A stretch of 64,000 nucleotides of DNA from Octopus sinensis (lineage: Eukaryota). Below the pieces are notes generated by a model. The model was not told the origin of the DNA and made no database searches. It was given only the letters and a program-made list of their open reading frames with translations. A program made the position numbers and the translations under genes. Shown piece by piece: positions 12,014 through 23,592 of the stretch; the first letter of the stretch is position 1, and every line of letters starts with the position of its first letter. The stretch spans positions 22,692,001-22,756,000 of the forward strand of contig NC_043009.1 in the NCBI RefSeq assembly GCF_006345805.1, read 5' to 3'.

Positions 12014-12400
12014 CAGGCGTGTCTAAGATGAATGAAGCTTGCTTCTCAATCTCCTGGTTCCGGGTTCAGTCCAACTGTGTGACACCTTGGGCAGGTGTCT
12101 TTTACTATAGCCTCAGGCTGACGAAAGCCTTGTGAGTAGATTTGGTAGACTGAAACTGAAAGAAGCCTGTCATGTGTATATGTGTGTGTCTTTGTGCTTG
12201 TCCTCCATTTGACTACTGCTTGACAACTGGTGTTGGTGTGTTTACATCCCCATTACTTAGCGGTTCAGCTACAGTGACCAATAGGATATATTCTAGGCTT
12301 ACAAAAAAAGAAATGTCCTGGTGTTAATTTGTTCAACTAAAATCCTTAAAGGTGGTGCCCCAGCATGGTCGCAGTCAAATGACAGACAAAATAAAATAAA
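12014..12400 (+). mobile_element. OR1-like SINE, followed by a second 3' half at ~12420-12560
   Basis: CAGGCGTG...GGGTTCAGTCC...CACCTTGGGCAGGTGTCTT...CCCCAGCATGGTCGCAGTCAAATGAC. Confidence 0.85.
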
Positions 12401-13725
12401 AACAGAAAAAAAATATATATGTTGGTGTTTTTACGTCCCCGTAACCTAACAGTTTGGCAAAAGAGACCAACAGACTAAGTACTAGGCTTACAAAACTAAG
12501 TCCTTGGGTTGATTTGTTCAACTAATGGCGGTGCTCCAGAATGGCCTTAGTCAAATGACTGAAACAAGAATAAAAAATTAACACACACACATATATATAT
12601 ATTATGGAGATGTACTTGCATAGCAAGTGACCTGATCTCAGATCATCTGCTGAAAAAAAAAACAATTACAGCATAGAAGGTGTTTTATAAGCCATTTAAA
12701 AACACACAAAAACCGTTAGATTCTCTTTGACATTTAAATTGAATTTACCAAAATATTTTCACTGCTTTGAGACTGCGACCTGATCACTGGGAGAAAGTGA
12801 GACATTAATTTATTAACCTTATATCTTTTAGATTACTCTGTGAAATATAATGCTTATTTATTCACATTGTTATGAATTAATCTTGCATTATGCTGTAGCC
12901 AAAAGATTTCAATGAGGCGATTGTTTATTTTTAGAATGACACTGTAGGGTAAGTGTGAGAGGCCAAATCTGGTTGATTTGACCATAAAACTGGCAGAATA
13001 TTTAAGTCAGAATATTTAGGTTGTTTTTTTTTTTGTCTCTCTTTCTCAAATATACATAATATTAGCGACTGGAGTAACTGGATGAGTAATTTCTATAATT
13101 AATACTAGAATTATTTTAACTAATGAAAACCAATGATTAAAAAAAAATATTCTAGAAGCAAATGCAAAGACTTGCTAAATGGTCAAAGAACACAACAAAA
13201 GCCTTCAGCCTCGCTTAATTCATATAGCTAATACAGGTAAATGACTTTTAGAAGAGAAATAATAATAACAATGATGATGACGCCGCCGCCAACAACGACA
13301 ATAATAATAATAATGTCAAAATATCATTCACTAGATGACATTAGTACTCTTCCTTTAATTTTAATTTTATATCTTCTGGAGAAGTTACCTCAATCCTTTA
13401 TATCTTAACCAAAATGAAGTAGATTGACACACAGAGAGAAACCTGATCAGAGAGATGGGGATGAGAGGAAAGAAGTATTAAAACATCTGCTGTTATGTGA
13501 ATCTGACAACGAAACAGCTGTGCCAAAATGTCTCAAACTCCCCCCTGATGGCTGTACTGGAACCCACACAGTGCAGTCATATTGTCATGCTGCACCTCGG
13601 ACAACATTCCCATGCTGCTACTTCTGCGCACACCAAACAGCCTGTATAGTTCTGTATTTAAGAGATGAGGAATTATTTACATTATTTACATTCAACGGAT
13701 ATTTGTACTCATCTTGTTTGTTGTT

Positions 13726-13771
13726 AACACAACGTTTCGGCTGATATACCCTCCAGCCTTCTTCAAATGTC
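13726..13771 (-). ncRNA. Minimal type I hammerhead ribozyme motif, Penelope-associated type (C3U variant)
   Basis: Minus strand reads GACAT-UUGAAGA-A-GGCUG-GAGGGUAUAU-CAGCC-GAAACGUU-GUGUU: stem I GACAU/GUGUU, stem II GGCUG/CAGCC, palindromic ACGU minimal stem III. Confidence 0.7.
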
Positions 13772-13850
13772 TTGGGGGAAATTTCGAACCTGGGTTCTCA
13801 TTCCTAAGGTATTTTTCGATGTTATTATTATTGTTATTGTTCAAGTCACT

Positions 13851-13893
13851 GCTTGGAATCGAACTCAGAATCTTGGGGTTAGTAGCCCACGCA
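13851..13893 (-). mobile_element. tRNA-like 3' half (anticodon-like arm and B box) upstream of the hammerhead unit
   Basis: Minus strand GCGTGGG-CTACTAA-CCCCAAGATTCTGAGTTCGATTCC; B box GAGTTCGATTCC. Confidence 0.55.
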
Positions 13894-13927
13894 TAGGAAT
13901 GAAAACCCAGGTTCAAAATTTCCCCAA

Positions 13928-13973
13928 GAAACCTGAAGAAGGCTGGTGGGTATATCAGCCTAAACGTTGTGTT
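13928..13973 (+). ncRNA. Minimal type I hammerhead ribozyme motif, inverted copy (G12U, probably inactive)
   Basis: GAAAC-CUGAAGA-A-GGCUG-GUGGGUAUAU-CAGCC-UAAACGUU-GUGUU; intact CUGANGA, mutated GAAA box. Confidence 0.65.
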
Positions 13974-15387
13974 AACAACAAACAAGATGAGGACAAATAT
14001 CCATCGAATGTAAATAATAAATAACCTGTATGTTGCTTAATGTCTAAATGTTTTGCTTCTAATGTTGGTTGTTGCTGTTGTTGTTGTTGTTCAGCCAGAT
14101 ACAGTCCCAATGGATTTCCACTTTGTGAACAAATTACAAGATAAGACTGTCATTTAAAATCACATTGAAAATAAAATCTGCAAGAAATACTCTAGGGCAG
14201 GGCAAACTTGTGCTTTATAAGAGATTAGCACCTGTTTAATTTGTGTCTGCTGGCTGTCAAGTAGAAATCTAGCAACCACAACTAAACACTGTTGTGCTTT
14301 TCACATTGTCCAAAGTTTGCAATAATGTTCAACTGTTTCAATAATAGTAGCAAATAAAAATCAGTCTAGACTACGCTGCCACAATCTAATTCTGTTCTCA
14401 CTACCAACTTGCATCATTTTTAAGCCAGCTTTTTCCATGCTGGATGAGATGGGTTGGATGAGATTGAAACAGTAACCAACAGCTGGATGCCTTTCCTGTC
14501 ACCAACCCATTTATTTTTATGAGTAAAATGTTTTTTTTTCTCCCTTTACTGACATCGGAATATTGTTTATGAAAGATATAAACAACAGCACCAATATGAC
14601 ACTACAGAAAAACCAAACACACACACACACGCGATGTTAATACATGCAACACCAGATACTTATCTAATTAAAAAAAGACATTTTGATCAAGCAGATAAAT
14701 GACATGTTTATATTTTCTAATCATTTACTCTGAAAAAAGATAGACAGTGCCCAGAACTTTCTTTTCTGCTCTTTTCTCGTTTTTTGCCTCTCTTTCTCAA
14801 GCATACATAATATTAGAGACTGGAGTAACTGGATGAGTAATTTCTATAATTAATACTAGAATTATTTTAACTAATGAAAACCAATGATTAAAAAAAATTA
14901 TTCTAGAAGCAAATGCAAAGACTTGCTAAATGGTCAAAGCACACAACAAAAGCCTTCAGGCTTGCTTAATTCATATAGCTAATACAGGTAAATGACTTTT
15001 AGAAGAGAAATAATAATAATGATGATGATGATGTCAAAATATCATTCACTAGATGACATTAGTACTCTTCCTTTAATTTTAATTCTATATCTTCTGGAGG
15101 AGTTACCTCAATCCTTTATATATTAACGAAAATGAAGTAGATTGACAAAATTATATTTTGAACTTGTTGAAGACACACAAGACGTCAAAATATTCTTCAC
15201 TAGATGATAATGGCACTCTTCTTTTCATTTTGACTAATAATAATAATAATAATAATGATAATAATAATAATAATAATGATAATGGTAATAATAATAAAGA
15301 TAGGGAAGAAAATAAAAGTAGATGTAAGTGTTCCCACTGATAAAAATATATTTGTAAATGAATTTGACAAATTAAGTAAATATAAGG

Positions 15388-16025
15388 CACCTAGAAGTTG
15401 AAATACACAAGATGTGACATCTTAAAGCAAGAATTGTTCCTGTTATTGTGGGTACCCAATATAAGAAAGGAATGTCAGAAACATCTAGATAAGATACTTG
15501 GAGAAACAAGTCTCAGAGAAATCCAAAAGATTGTGCTGAGAAGTACTGCCTTAGTAAAACCCTATCCATTTAAATGTCTGTTGTATTACATGAAGATATT
15601 TCACAACTGCCCCTGCCACTTCCCCTCCCCAAGTTTTCAGTCATACTGTAACATCTTTTATCCTTCACTTGCCCTAGGTGTGTCTCAGCAAGTGATTGTA
15701 ACAAACATAGAGATTAAGAGTAAATAATAATTCCAAAGAATGGACTTGCATCAATGTAACCATACCTGGAGACCAAAATATTGTTAAGACAGAGGATGAG
15801 AAAGTCAGGAAGTACCCAGAATTTGGATTCGAAATGAAAAGAATCCATAGAGCCTCAAAAGTGAGTGTGGTGCCTATTGTGATGGGTGTACTTGGGACCA
15901 TCTCAAAGAGAGCAATAATCTGGAATTGAAAGCTGTAAATACCAAACTTCATAGGAAGTATTCAGATGGCCGCAATACTTGGAACAGCTCATGCGTTGAG
16001 GAAAATGGTGCATCTCTAAGATGTG
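15388..16025 (+). pseudogene. Two decayed C-terminal fragments of R4/Dong-like (restriction-like endonuclease) non-LTR elements
   Basis: Manual translation gives LEVEIHKM*HLKARIVPVIVG (~15390) and EDEKVRKYPEFGFEMKRIHRASKVSVVPIVMGVLGTISK (~15790), matching the EK..KY..L..E..R.W....V.PIV.G.LG pattern. Confidence 0.6.
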
Positions 16026-16404
16026 GAATGCAGCTGAGATGTGACATGGACAGAGATAAATCAGTTAAGAGAATAAAAATAATAATTGTTGCTTCATATT
16101 TTAGCATAAGGGCAGCAGAACTGGTCGCACTGGACTCAATACTTGACTGTTACTTATTTTACTGAACCCAAATGGATGAAAGTCAGTTGACCTCAGCAGG
16201 ATTTGAACCCCGAAATTAAAGAATTGGAAGAAATGTTGATAAGCATGCTGTCTGATGCGCTCGAGAAACAAAAATAAAACTTTGGAAACAACAATGCCAC
16301 CATAACATGTGTGGAAACCATGAGCATGCTTTCAAGGGAGATAATCAGAAAACGACTTGAAAGTCAATGTAAGATTGTAATACTTCATGTAAAGTAAATA
16401 TAAC

Positions 16405-16572
16405 AAATAGTCCAGAATCCTTGTCTGGTACCGGATCAATCCCAAAATCTAATCAGTTTGAGTCAGTCATGAGACCAAACATCCCAGTGGTTCTTGAGAT
16501 ATCTTGTCTATGGACAAACAAACAAACACGACTGAAAACAATACCTCTGCCTTTGCTAAGGCGGAGGTAATA
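16405..16572 (-). mobile_element. Helentron/HINE (DINE-1-like) non-autonomous fragment
   Basis: Minus strand TACCTCCGCC-TTAGCAAA-GGCAGAGGTA subterminal hairpin, then (GTTT)n and GATCCGGTACCAG. Confidence 0.55.
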
Positions 16573-16965
16573 ATCCTTTCTACTATCGGCACAAGGGCTG
16601 AAATTTTGGAGGAGGCGAATAGTTGATTACGAATAGTGGTTCACTGGTACTTATTTTATTGTCCCTCAAAAGATGAAAGGCAAAGTCAACCTCAGAGGAA
16701 TTTGAACTCAGAATGTATAGACGGACGAAATGCCGCTAAGCATTTTGCCTGGTGTGCAAACAATTCTGCCAGCTCGCCATAATAATAATAATAATAATAA
16801 TCCTTTCTACTATAGGCACAAAGCCTGAAATTTGGAGAGGAGGGGGTAAGTTGATTACATTGGCCCTAGTGTGTAATTGGTACTTAATTTATGTACCCCA
16901 AAAGGATGTAAAGCAATGTTGACCTCGGTGGAATTTGAACTCAGAATGTAGCAACAGGCGAAATA
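16572..16965 (-). mobile_element. Two tandem tRNA-derived SINEs with (TTA)n tails (Meta-domain-like family)
   Basis: Each reads AATCCTTTCTACTAT.GGCACAAG...GATGAAAGGCAAAGTCAACCTC...TTTGAACTCAGAA on +. The CTTTGCCTTTCATC...GATAAAAT.AGTACCAG core resembles the Meta domain (from recall). Confidence 0.8.
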
Positions 16966-18802
16966 TAATAATAATAATAATGATAATAATAATAATAATA
17001 ATAGCAATAAATAATAATAACTATTCAAAACTTCTTTCATTTCACTTTCATTACATGAATGAGTCTTGTATGACTTGACCATGTCTAAACAGAGGCCAGG
17101 CAGATTTAGAAATACAATTCCGAAAGAGTTCATACACACACAGACTGTGTGAACAATCAGCAATATAATGGGTGTATATTTAGTCATACATATAAATAAG
17201 TACAAGTGTATATGTGTCACACACACACATGCAGAATACATATATATACATATATATATATACAATGATGGGTGCGAGTATTTATGTAAACTGTGTATAT
17301 TTTATGTTTTGTTAAGTAAAAAAGAAACAAAACATCAAAATTATTGAAACACACCTGAAGTGGTGATGTATATAGTATCTTTAATGTTAGGAACAAAATA
17401 TTAATCCCACTAATACACGCAATTAAAGAAAGTTAGGGATCTGTGTGTATAATGTGTAAGTACATGTGTGTGTGTGTATATGTATGTGCATGTATATACA
17501 TACATACATATTTGCATACACACACACCCAATATATATACATACACAGAATTATACACACAAATACAAATTATATATATATATGTATATTTGAAAAAATA
17601 CACACACACACAAATACATATATAAAATATATATACACAGATATATATTAAATATGTGTATACACAAATATAAACATAACATATATGTATATCTGTATAT
17701 TTTAAATATGTGTGTACACACATATATACATAAAATATATGTATACACAGATATATATAAAATATATATATACACACATACAAAATATACATAAAATATA
17801 CACACACACACACACACATTCTACAAGCGTGCATATATGTGCATGTGCAAAGATCTACATCACAGAAAGAAAGAGGAATACAGTGACAGATATGCGACTC
17901 AAATCTCCATTTCTATTCATGTTTCTCCTCACATCTTTTTCTGTCAGCTTACTTCGTGATCTAACCAAAAGAAATTTCTAACATTCCAGCCTCCCTCATC
18001 TCTGTCTTCTTCTTCATCTCCCCTCTCTCCTCCCCCTCCTCTTCCTCTATTTCATTTCTTTTCATTTCATCAACAATTTCTCCAGTTACTTCAAACATCA
18101 TGCTGCCACTCTGCTACAACATTTCTTTATTAATTAATGGTTTTTTTTTCCCCACTCTGTGTGTGTGCATGTATGTGTGTGTGTGTGTGTGTACGCACTC
18201 ACAAATATATATATACACACATACACATGTATGCATACAAACACAGACATATAGGAAATTACATTCTTGGTATATCAGGCAACTATATACACATATACAT
18301 ATCGATATACAACCACATACCCATCCATATATATATGCTCATATACATACATAAACACACACACATGCATGCAGACAGACATATATAAGCATAAATGTCT
18401 ATACACACACACAGAGATATATATTCATATGTACTTATATGTGTGTATATGTATAAAAAAATATATTGATTTAAATATTGTCATTTGTTCACCAGTATGA
18501 AAGCATGATTACAATTTATTTCTTCTTAAATGTAAAAATAAATATAATAAATAAATAAATAAATGCCAAAATATAAGCAGCATTTCCTGAAAAGAAACTC
18601 ACTAAAATAAACACAAAATTTTATATATTGAATATTCAATGAACTTTCCGGCAATATTAAAAAATTCATGAAGAAAGTGGATTGCAGAATCGGTAAGGCA
18701 CTGGACAAAATACCAAAACACCTTGAAAGTCTTTTTAACACTTCGACATTCCAATTATTCTGTCAAATGTGATGCTTATTCTTTCATATTGTTCTGAATT
18801 AA

Positions 18803-19009
18803 CCTTTTCGTTACCGTATTTATTTTGAGGTGCTCTGTGTTTCTTTCAATTAATTTTAAATATAAGAAAGAATTTAGTAAAATAACTTAGTTATCATTAA
18901 GCTGGTGTTAGGAACATAAATTGTGATGTCTGGTGGAAGATTTTAATTCAAAACAAGACATTTGTACTCAGAGCCAGAGCCGGTTTCAGCTGGGTTGGTA
19001 ACGAAAGGG
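18803..19009 (-). mobile_element. piggyBac-family MITE, 207 bp
   Basis: TTAA at 18799-18802 and 19010-19013; TIRs CCTTTTCGTTAC / GTAACGAAAGGG, shared with 22187-23271. Confidence 0.9.
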
Positions 19010-19814
19010 TTAAGCATGAATTAAACTGCGTAACAGTTTTCGTCCTTGAGTAGCAACTGCTATTTCCTATTTGCTTAACCCTAGAAAGTATTAAAAAGGG
19101 CTAATATTTGCCTCAAACTTCACTTTTGTTACATTTATTCAAACCCCAAAGAAGCCCTCTCCACACATGGCTATGATGCTCCCCCTCTACTCCTGCTGAT
19201 GATCAGTAATGCACGTATTATCAGCCATTATGGGACATGCTCAAGCAACTAAGAAGCAAATCTGTGATATTGAGCAGAATATTTGCTAAAGCAATACTTT
19301 TCAAAGCATAATGTGAACGCTAAAGGGTTAATTCAAACAATATGAATAAACACGCAATACACTTGACAAAGTAAACTGAAGGTTAAAGGTTTAAGGACTT
19401 ACAAATCCTATCACCATGTTTGCTGGGGAGATGAGGCAGAATTAGGAATCAGAATGCACAGATATCAGAGGCCGTCTTTTTCAACACTAACACTCTGCTT
19501 GTCTGTAAATCTGGGCCACTACTTTATTTACTGATCTTAAAAGCATGAAAGGTAAAGTTGACTGAGGCAGTATTTGAACTCAGAATGCAGAGAACAGGAG
19601 CAAAAACTGCAAGGCATTCACCTTGCAACTTGAACAACAACATATAATCTTGAGCATACAGACAAAATGCTTAGTGGCATATCTTCTGGTTCTTTATGTT
19701 CCAATTCTTCCAAATGTTGACTTTGCCTTTCGTTCTTTCAGGGTTGATAAAATAAATGCCAGTTGATCTAAGGCATCAATATATTCAACTAAACATCTTG
19801 GCCCCCTAAAATTT

Positions 19815-20172
19815 ACTGTGTGGTAAGAACTTTGCTTCCTAACCATATGGTTCCAGGTTCAGTCCCACTGCATGGCACCTAGGGTATACATATTCTATGA
19901 TAGCCTCAGGCTGACCAAAGCCCTGTGAATGGATTTGATACACAGAAACTGAAAGAAGCCTGTTGTGTGTGTGTTTGTGTCTGTCTGTCCCCCACCACCA
20001 GTCGACATCTAGTGGTCTGTTTATGTCCCATGTAACTTAGTGGTACGGCAAAAGCGACTGGCAGAATAAATACCAAGCTTAAAAAAAAAGGTACTAGAGT
20101 TGATTCCTACAATGAAAATTCTTTGAGGTGGTGCCCCAGCATGGCCACATTCTGATGCCTGAAACAAGTAAA
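19815..20172 (+). mobile_element. OR1-like SINE
   Basis: GTGTGGTAAGAACTTTGCTTCC...GGTTCAGTCCCACTG...GGTGCCCCAGCATGGCCAC...GAAACAAG. Confidence 0.85.
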
Positions 20173-20648
20173 AAAAAAAATTGATATATATATGTGTGTA
20201 TGTGTGTCTGGTGAGAGAGATAGAGAGAGTTAATGAAGCGGTTCAAGCCCCTTCCTGATTTTCTTGCTATCCTGTAGGATTTCAATTTATTTGTCATGCA
20301 ACCAAACCCTAAAGCACAATGGCTGTGAGAAGATAAGGTATTGAACTAATTGAGCACTGAGTCATAAGTTTAAATCTTATCTCTGAGCAAAGCATGTAGT
20401 AATTCCTCTCTCCCCTTTTTGCCTGGCTGAATAAGAAAACAAAAATTTTGATTCTTATTTCATGATTAGTAATTGGAAAAAGTCACTCCACCGTAAAAAC
20501 AATTGTTCAGGCAACAACAACAGTGATTATCATCAATATCATCATCATCACCACCACCATCAGTTTATATCCATTATTCTTCGATAGCAAGGGTAGAATG
20601 GGTTTATTATAGTCCTCTCTGGTCACACAAAGAAAAAAAACCACTTAC

Positions 20649-20881
20649 TACTATTTGTTGTGCATGTGTTTACACACATGTGAGCATGTGACCCATGCAA
20701 GTACAGAAAAATTGATGCAAAACAGTAAACCGCCCCATCCACCAAAAAAGAGAGAATATTAAAGAAGTTTCTGAAAGTAACTATAGAATAGTCCACACCT
20801 GTATTCCCACCTATTTCTGCCAATTTGTGTATAAAGACCATTGCAATTGACATTGATTTTCTTTTGATTAAGTACTGATTT
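20649..20881 (-). CDS. Candidate 233-nt exon of an unidentified host gene, with a hydrophobic segment
   Basis: Minus strand acceptor ATACCCTTTACCTTCCAG| and donor |GTAAGT. One frame is open throughout (NQYLIKRKSMSIAMVFIHKLAEIGGNTGVDYSIVTFRNFFNILSFLVDGAVYCFASIFLYLHGSHAHMCVNTCTTNS); the other two contain stops. No family recognised. Confidence 0.45.
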
Positions 20882-21256
20882 CTGGAAGGTAAAGGGTATA
20901 ATTGATATTGAACTCACTTCATTCCACCCAATATTAATTTACAGGTGTTTTTCAAAACCCTTTAACACCATTTCCTTGGTGAAATACTCTGCCTCAGTTT
21001 CAATTAATTTTTCTTTTTAATTTGTGAAGAATTTCTTAAAATAACTGTCATTATTTAACTGGGGTTTAAAACATAAACTGATATGAAATTTTAACGGAGG
21101 ATCTTAATTTAGATCACTTTCAAATGAATATTAAGCAATGATGATGATGATGACGATATATATATAAATATATGCATATTTGCATGCACAGCCACTCATG
21201 CATGTGTGTCATTGTTTAGCAGTTGAACAAATGGAGATCGATACAGTAAATACCAG

Positions 21257-21548
21257 ATGCAATGGCCCAGTGGTTAGAGCAGCGGACTCGCGGTTGTAGG
21301 ATTGAGGTTTCGATTCCCAGACAGGGCGTTGTGAGTATTTATTGAGCGAAAACACCTAAAGCTCCACGAGGCTCCGGTGGGGGTGGGGGGTGGGGGAGCG
21401 ATCCCTGCTGTACTCTATCGCCACAACTTTCTCTCACTCTTTCTTGTGTTGGCCTGCTCGCTTAGCCAGTGGGGTGGTGTGTCATTTGATGACCAGCGAT
21501 GTGTAGCAACATCTGATAGCCTGATCGGTCACGGTGATCACAGTGATA
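21257..21548 (+). mobile_element. tRNA-derived SINE, third head type
   Basis: A box TGGCCCAGTGG, B box GTTTCGATTCC, tail GATAGCCTGATCGGTCACGGTGAT. Confidence 0.7.
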
Positions 21549-22186
21549 TATATATATATATTTATACATACATATAAATATATATCGTCTTCCCTAAATA
21601 TCCTCTCATCATTATTATGTGCCGATAATTTCTCCCTTTCTCCACCGTCTTCCCTAAATATCCCTTTATTATTATGTGCTGATAATTTCTCCATTTCTCC
21701 ATATCACTTTGTCTGTTCTTCGCCCTAAATTATCCTTCATTTTTATGCGCTGATAATTTCTCCCTTTCTCCATGTTACTACGATAATTATCTACGATAAT
21801 TTGCCCGTTCAAGTCTTCACTCTCCCCTGTATCAAACTTCGCGCATTCGCGGTGCACCCGCCCTTGCCCACCCCCACCAATACCGGATATCTCTATATTT
21901 TGCTCCATCTATACCGGATATCCCTTCTCCCACCACCATTATGGGTGTCTACACCTCGAACCCCCCTCTTCAATACGCTATTTCACCATGTATTACCCCT
22001 CTCGTGATATCCTACGTTCTACTTGTCTAGAACCTGTCATCGTTTCTCCGAACACCCCTCCCCACTGGTGTTCCCCTATATTACTGCACCCTCTCCTCAT
22101 CCCCCTCACTCTCTCTTCTCCCTGCTAGAACCCCCTCACCCTCCAGCTCATCTCTAGAATATCCATGTTTCTGCTACACTGCTTAA

Positions 22187-23271
22187 CCCTTTCGTTACCA
22201 AACCGCCCAAAGCCGCCCGAAAAAAATTTTGATTAATGAGACCAAACCGCCCAAAGCCGCCCGAATTTACCTATTCATATTTAAATGAGAATATCAGAGC
22301 AAATCTCTTTAGTACATTCGTGAAAATACGTATTATACTTCGTAAACAGTTCAACTACAGTTTTGTACAAAAATCGAAGTGTAATTTTAATTCCGTGAAT
22401 TTTGGGAGATTTTTTTCCGAAATTTGTTCCTATTGTGTTTTCAAAATTTGTAATTCTGACAAAAAATGGATACGAATTTCATTATATCAAGCAGCGAGTC
22501 AGAATTCGAAGGATTTTCTACTGAAGACCTTCATAAATCTAACTCTATGACTGAAAAAAAAAAGCACATGGTATTTGATAATGAATCTGATGTTTCATTT
22601 TCCGAAAGTGAAAACAGTGAATCTGAGAGCTCCGACTGCGATAAAGAAAATGAATTGGCACCTGAATGGAGTGAAAATTTAAAAACTGTTTCTTTCGGTG
22701 ACTTTTCTGAAGAAACTGGACCAAGCCACAGACTTTCCCAGAAGAGTAAAGCCTTAGACTATTTCTATTTACTTTTTCGATTGAGCCTATTTGAAATCTA
22801 CGGCGAAAATGAACCGTTACGCTAAACGTAAACAAGGTGAAAGAAAGGATAGTTTGTTATTTCCTACAACCTTAAATGAAATTAAGGCCTATTTTGCCAT
22901 AAATATTATTATGGGTATCAGAAAGTTACCCAGAATAACAAATTCTATCGTAAAATTTTGTTGTATACCCAATTGAATATTAGCTAATAACCCATTTTCT
23001 ATAGCGATGTTTGAACAAAATTTTAATAACTTTATATTTTGTTGAATTTACCTGTATCTACCTGCAATTAGAGTCACTTTGTGACAAAAATTATAGTATA
23101 GAATTGGTTGAGAATATTTCATTAAATTATCTTCCAAAAATCAGATTAATATATCGATAAATAAAAAAGTTATAGTTGTTTAATGAAACCAGACTAAATT
23201 TATGATTACGTTGGAAAGTAATTGAAACACATAAGGGGTGTAATTTGGTCAGAAATATAGTAACGAAAGGG
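22187..23271 (+). mobile_element. Internally deleted piggyBac transposon (1085 bp) with transposase N-terminal remnant
   Basis: TTAA at 22183-22186 and 23272-23275; TIR CCCTTTCGTTAC / GTAACGAAAGGG. ORFs 22466-22825 (acidic N-terminus) and 22791-22976 (FPTTLNEIKAYFAINIIMGIRKLP) resemble piggyBac transposase. Confidence 0.9.
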
Positions 23272-23592
23272 TTAAACCATGTCGCTCAATGACCATAATG
23301 CTTGCTTAGAGTATACTACTAACACCTAGAATTTCAGTATTTCAGAAATACTACTAACACCTAGAATTTCAGTATTACATCTACACCATCAATGAGTTTA
23401 GTGCTTGTGCTTACAATGCTGCTAACACCTGACCCTGCCTACCGCAGGGGCCAGAACCTTAACATGCCTAAATGCTTGAATGTTGTCCTGTCAGAAGAGA
23501 GAGAGATCAGATGAAAATGCCTAAAAATCGATCACCGCCACCACAACAACCCTCTTCTTTTCAGGCGCCGAATTGCACCCCTCCCCCCACAC

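Larger units (their letters stand above)
13031..15147 (+). repeat. Direct duplication of a low-copy segment (13031-13429 and 14782-15147)
   Basis: Both copies read TCTCTTTCTCAA...GACTGGAGTAACTGGATGAG...GAAGTAGATTGACA, differing mainly in the (AAT/GAT)n tract. Confidence 0.85.
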
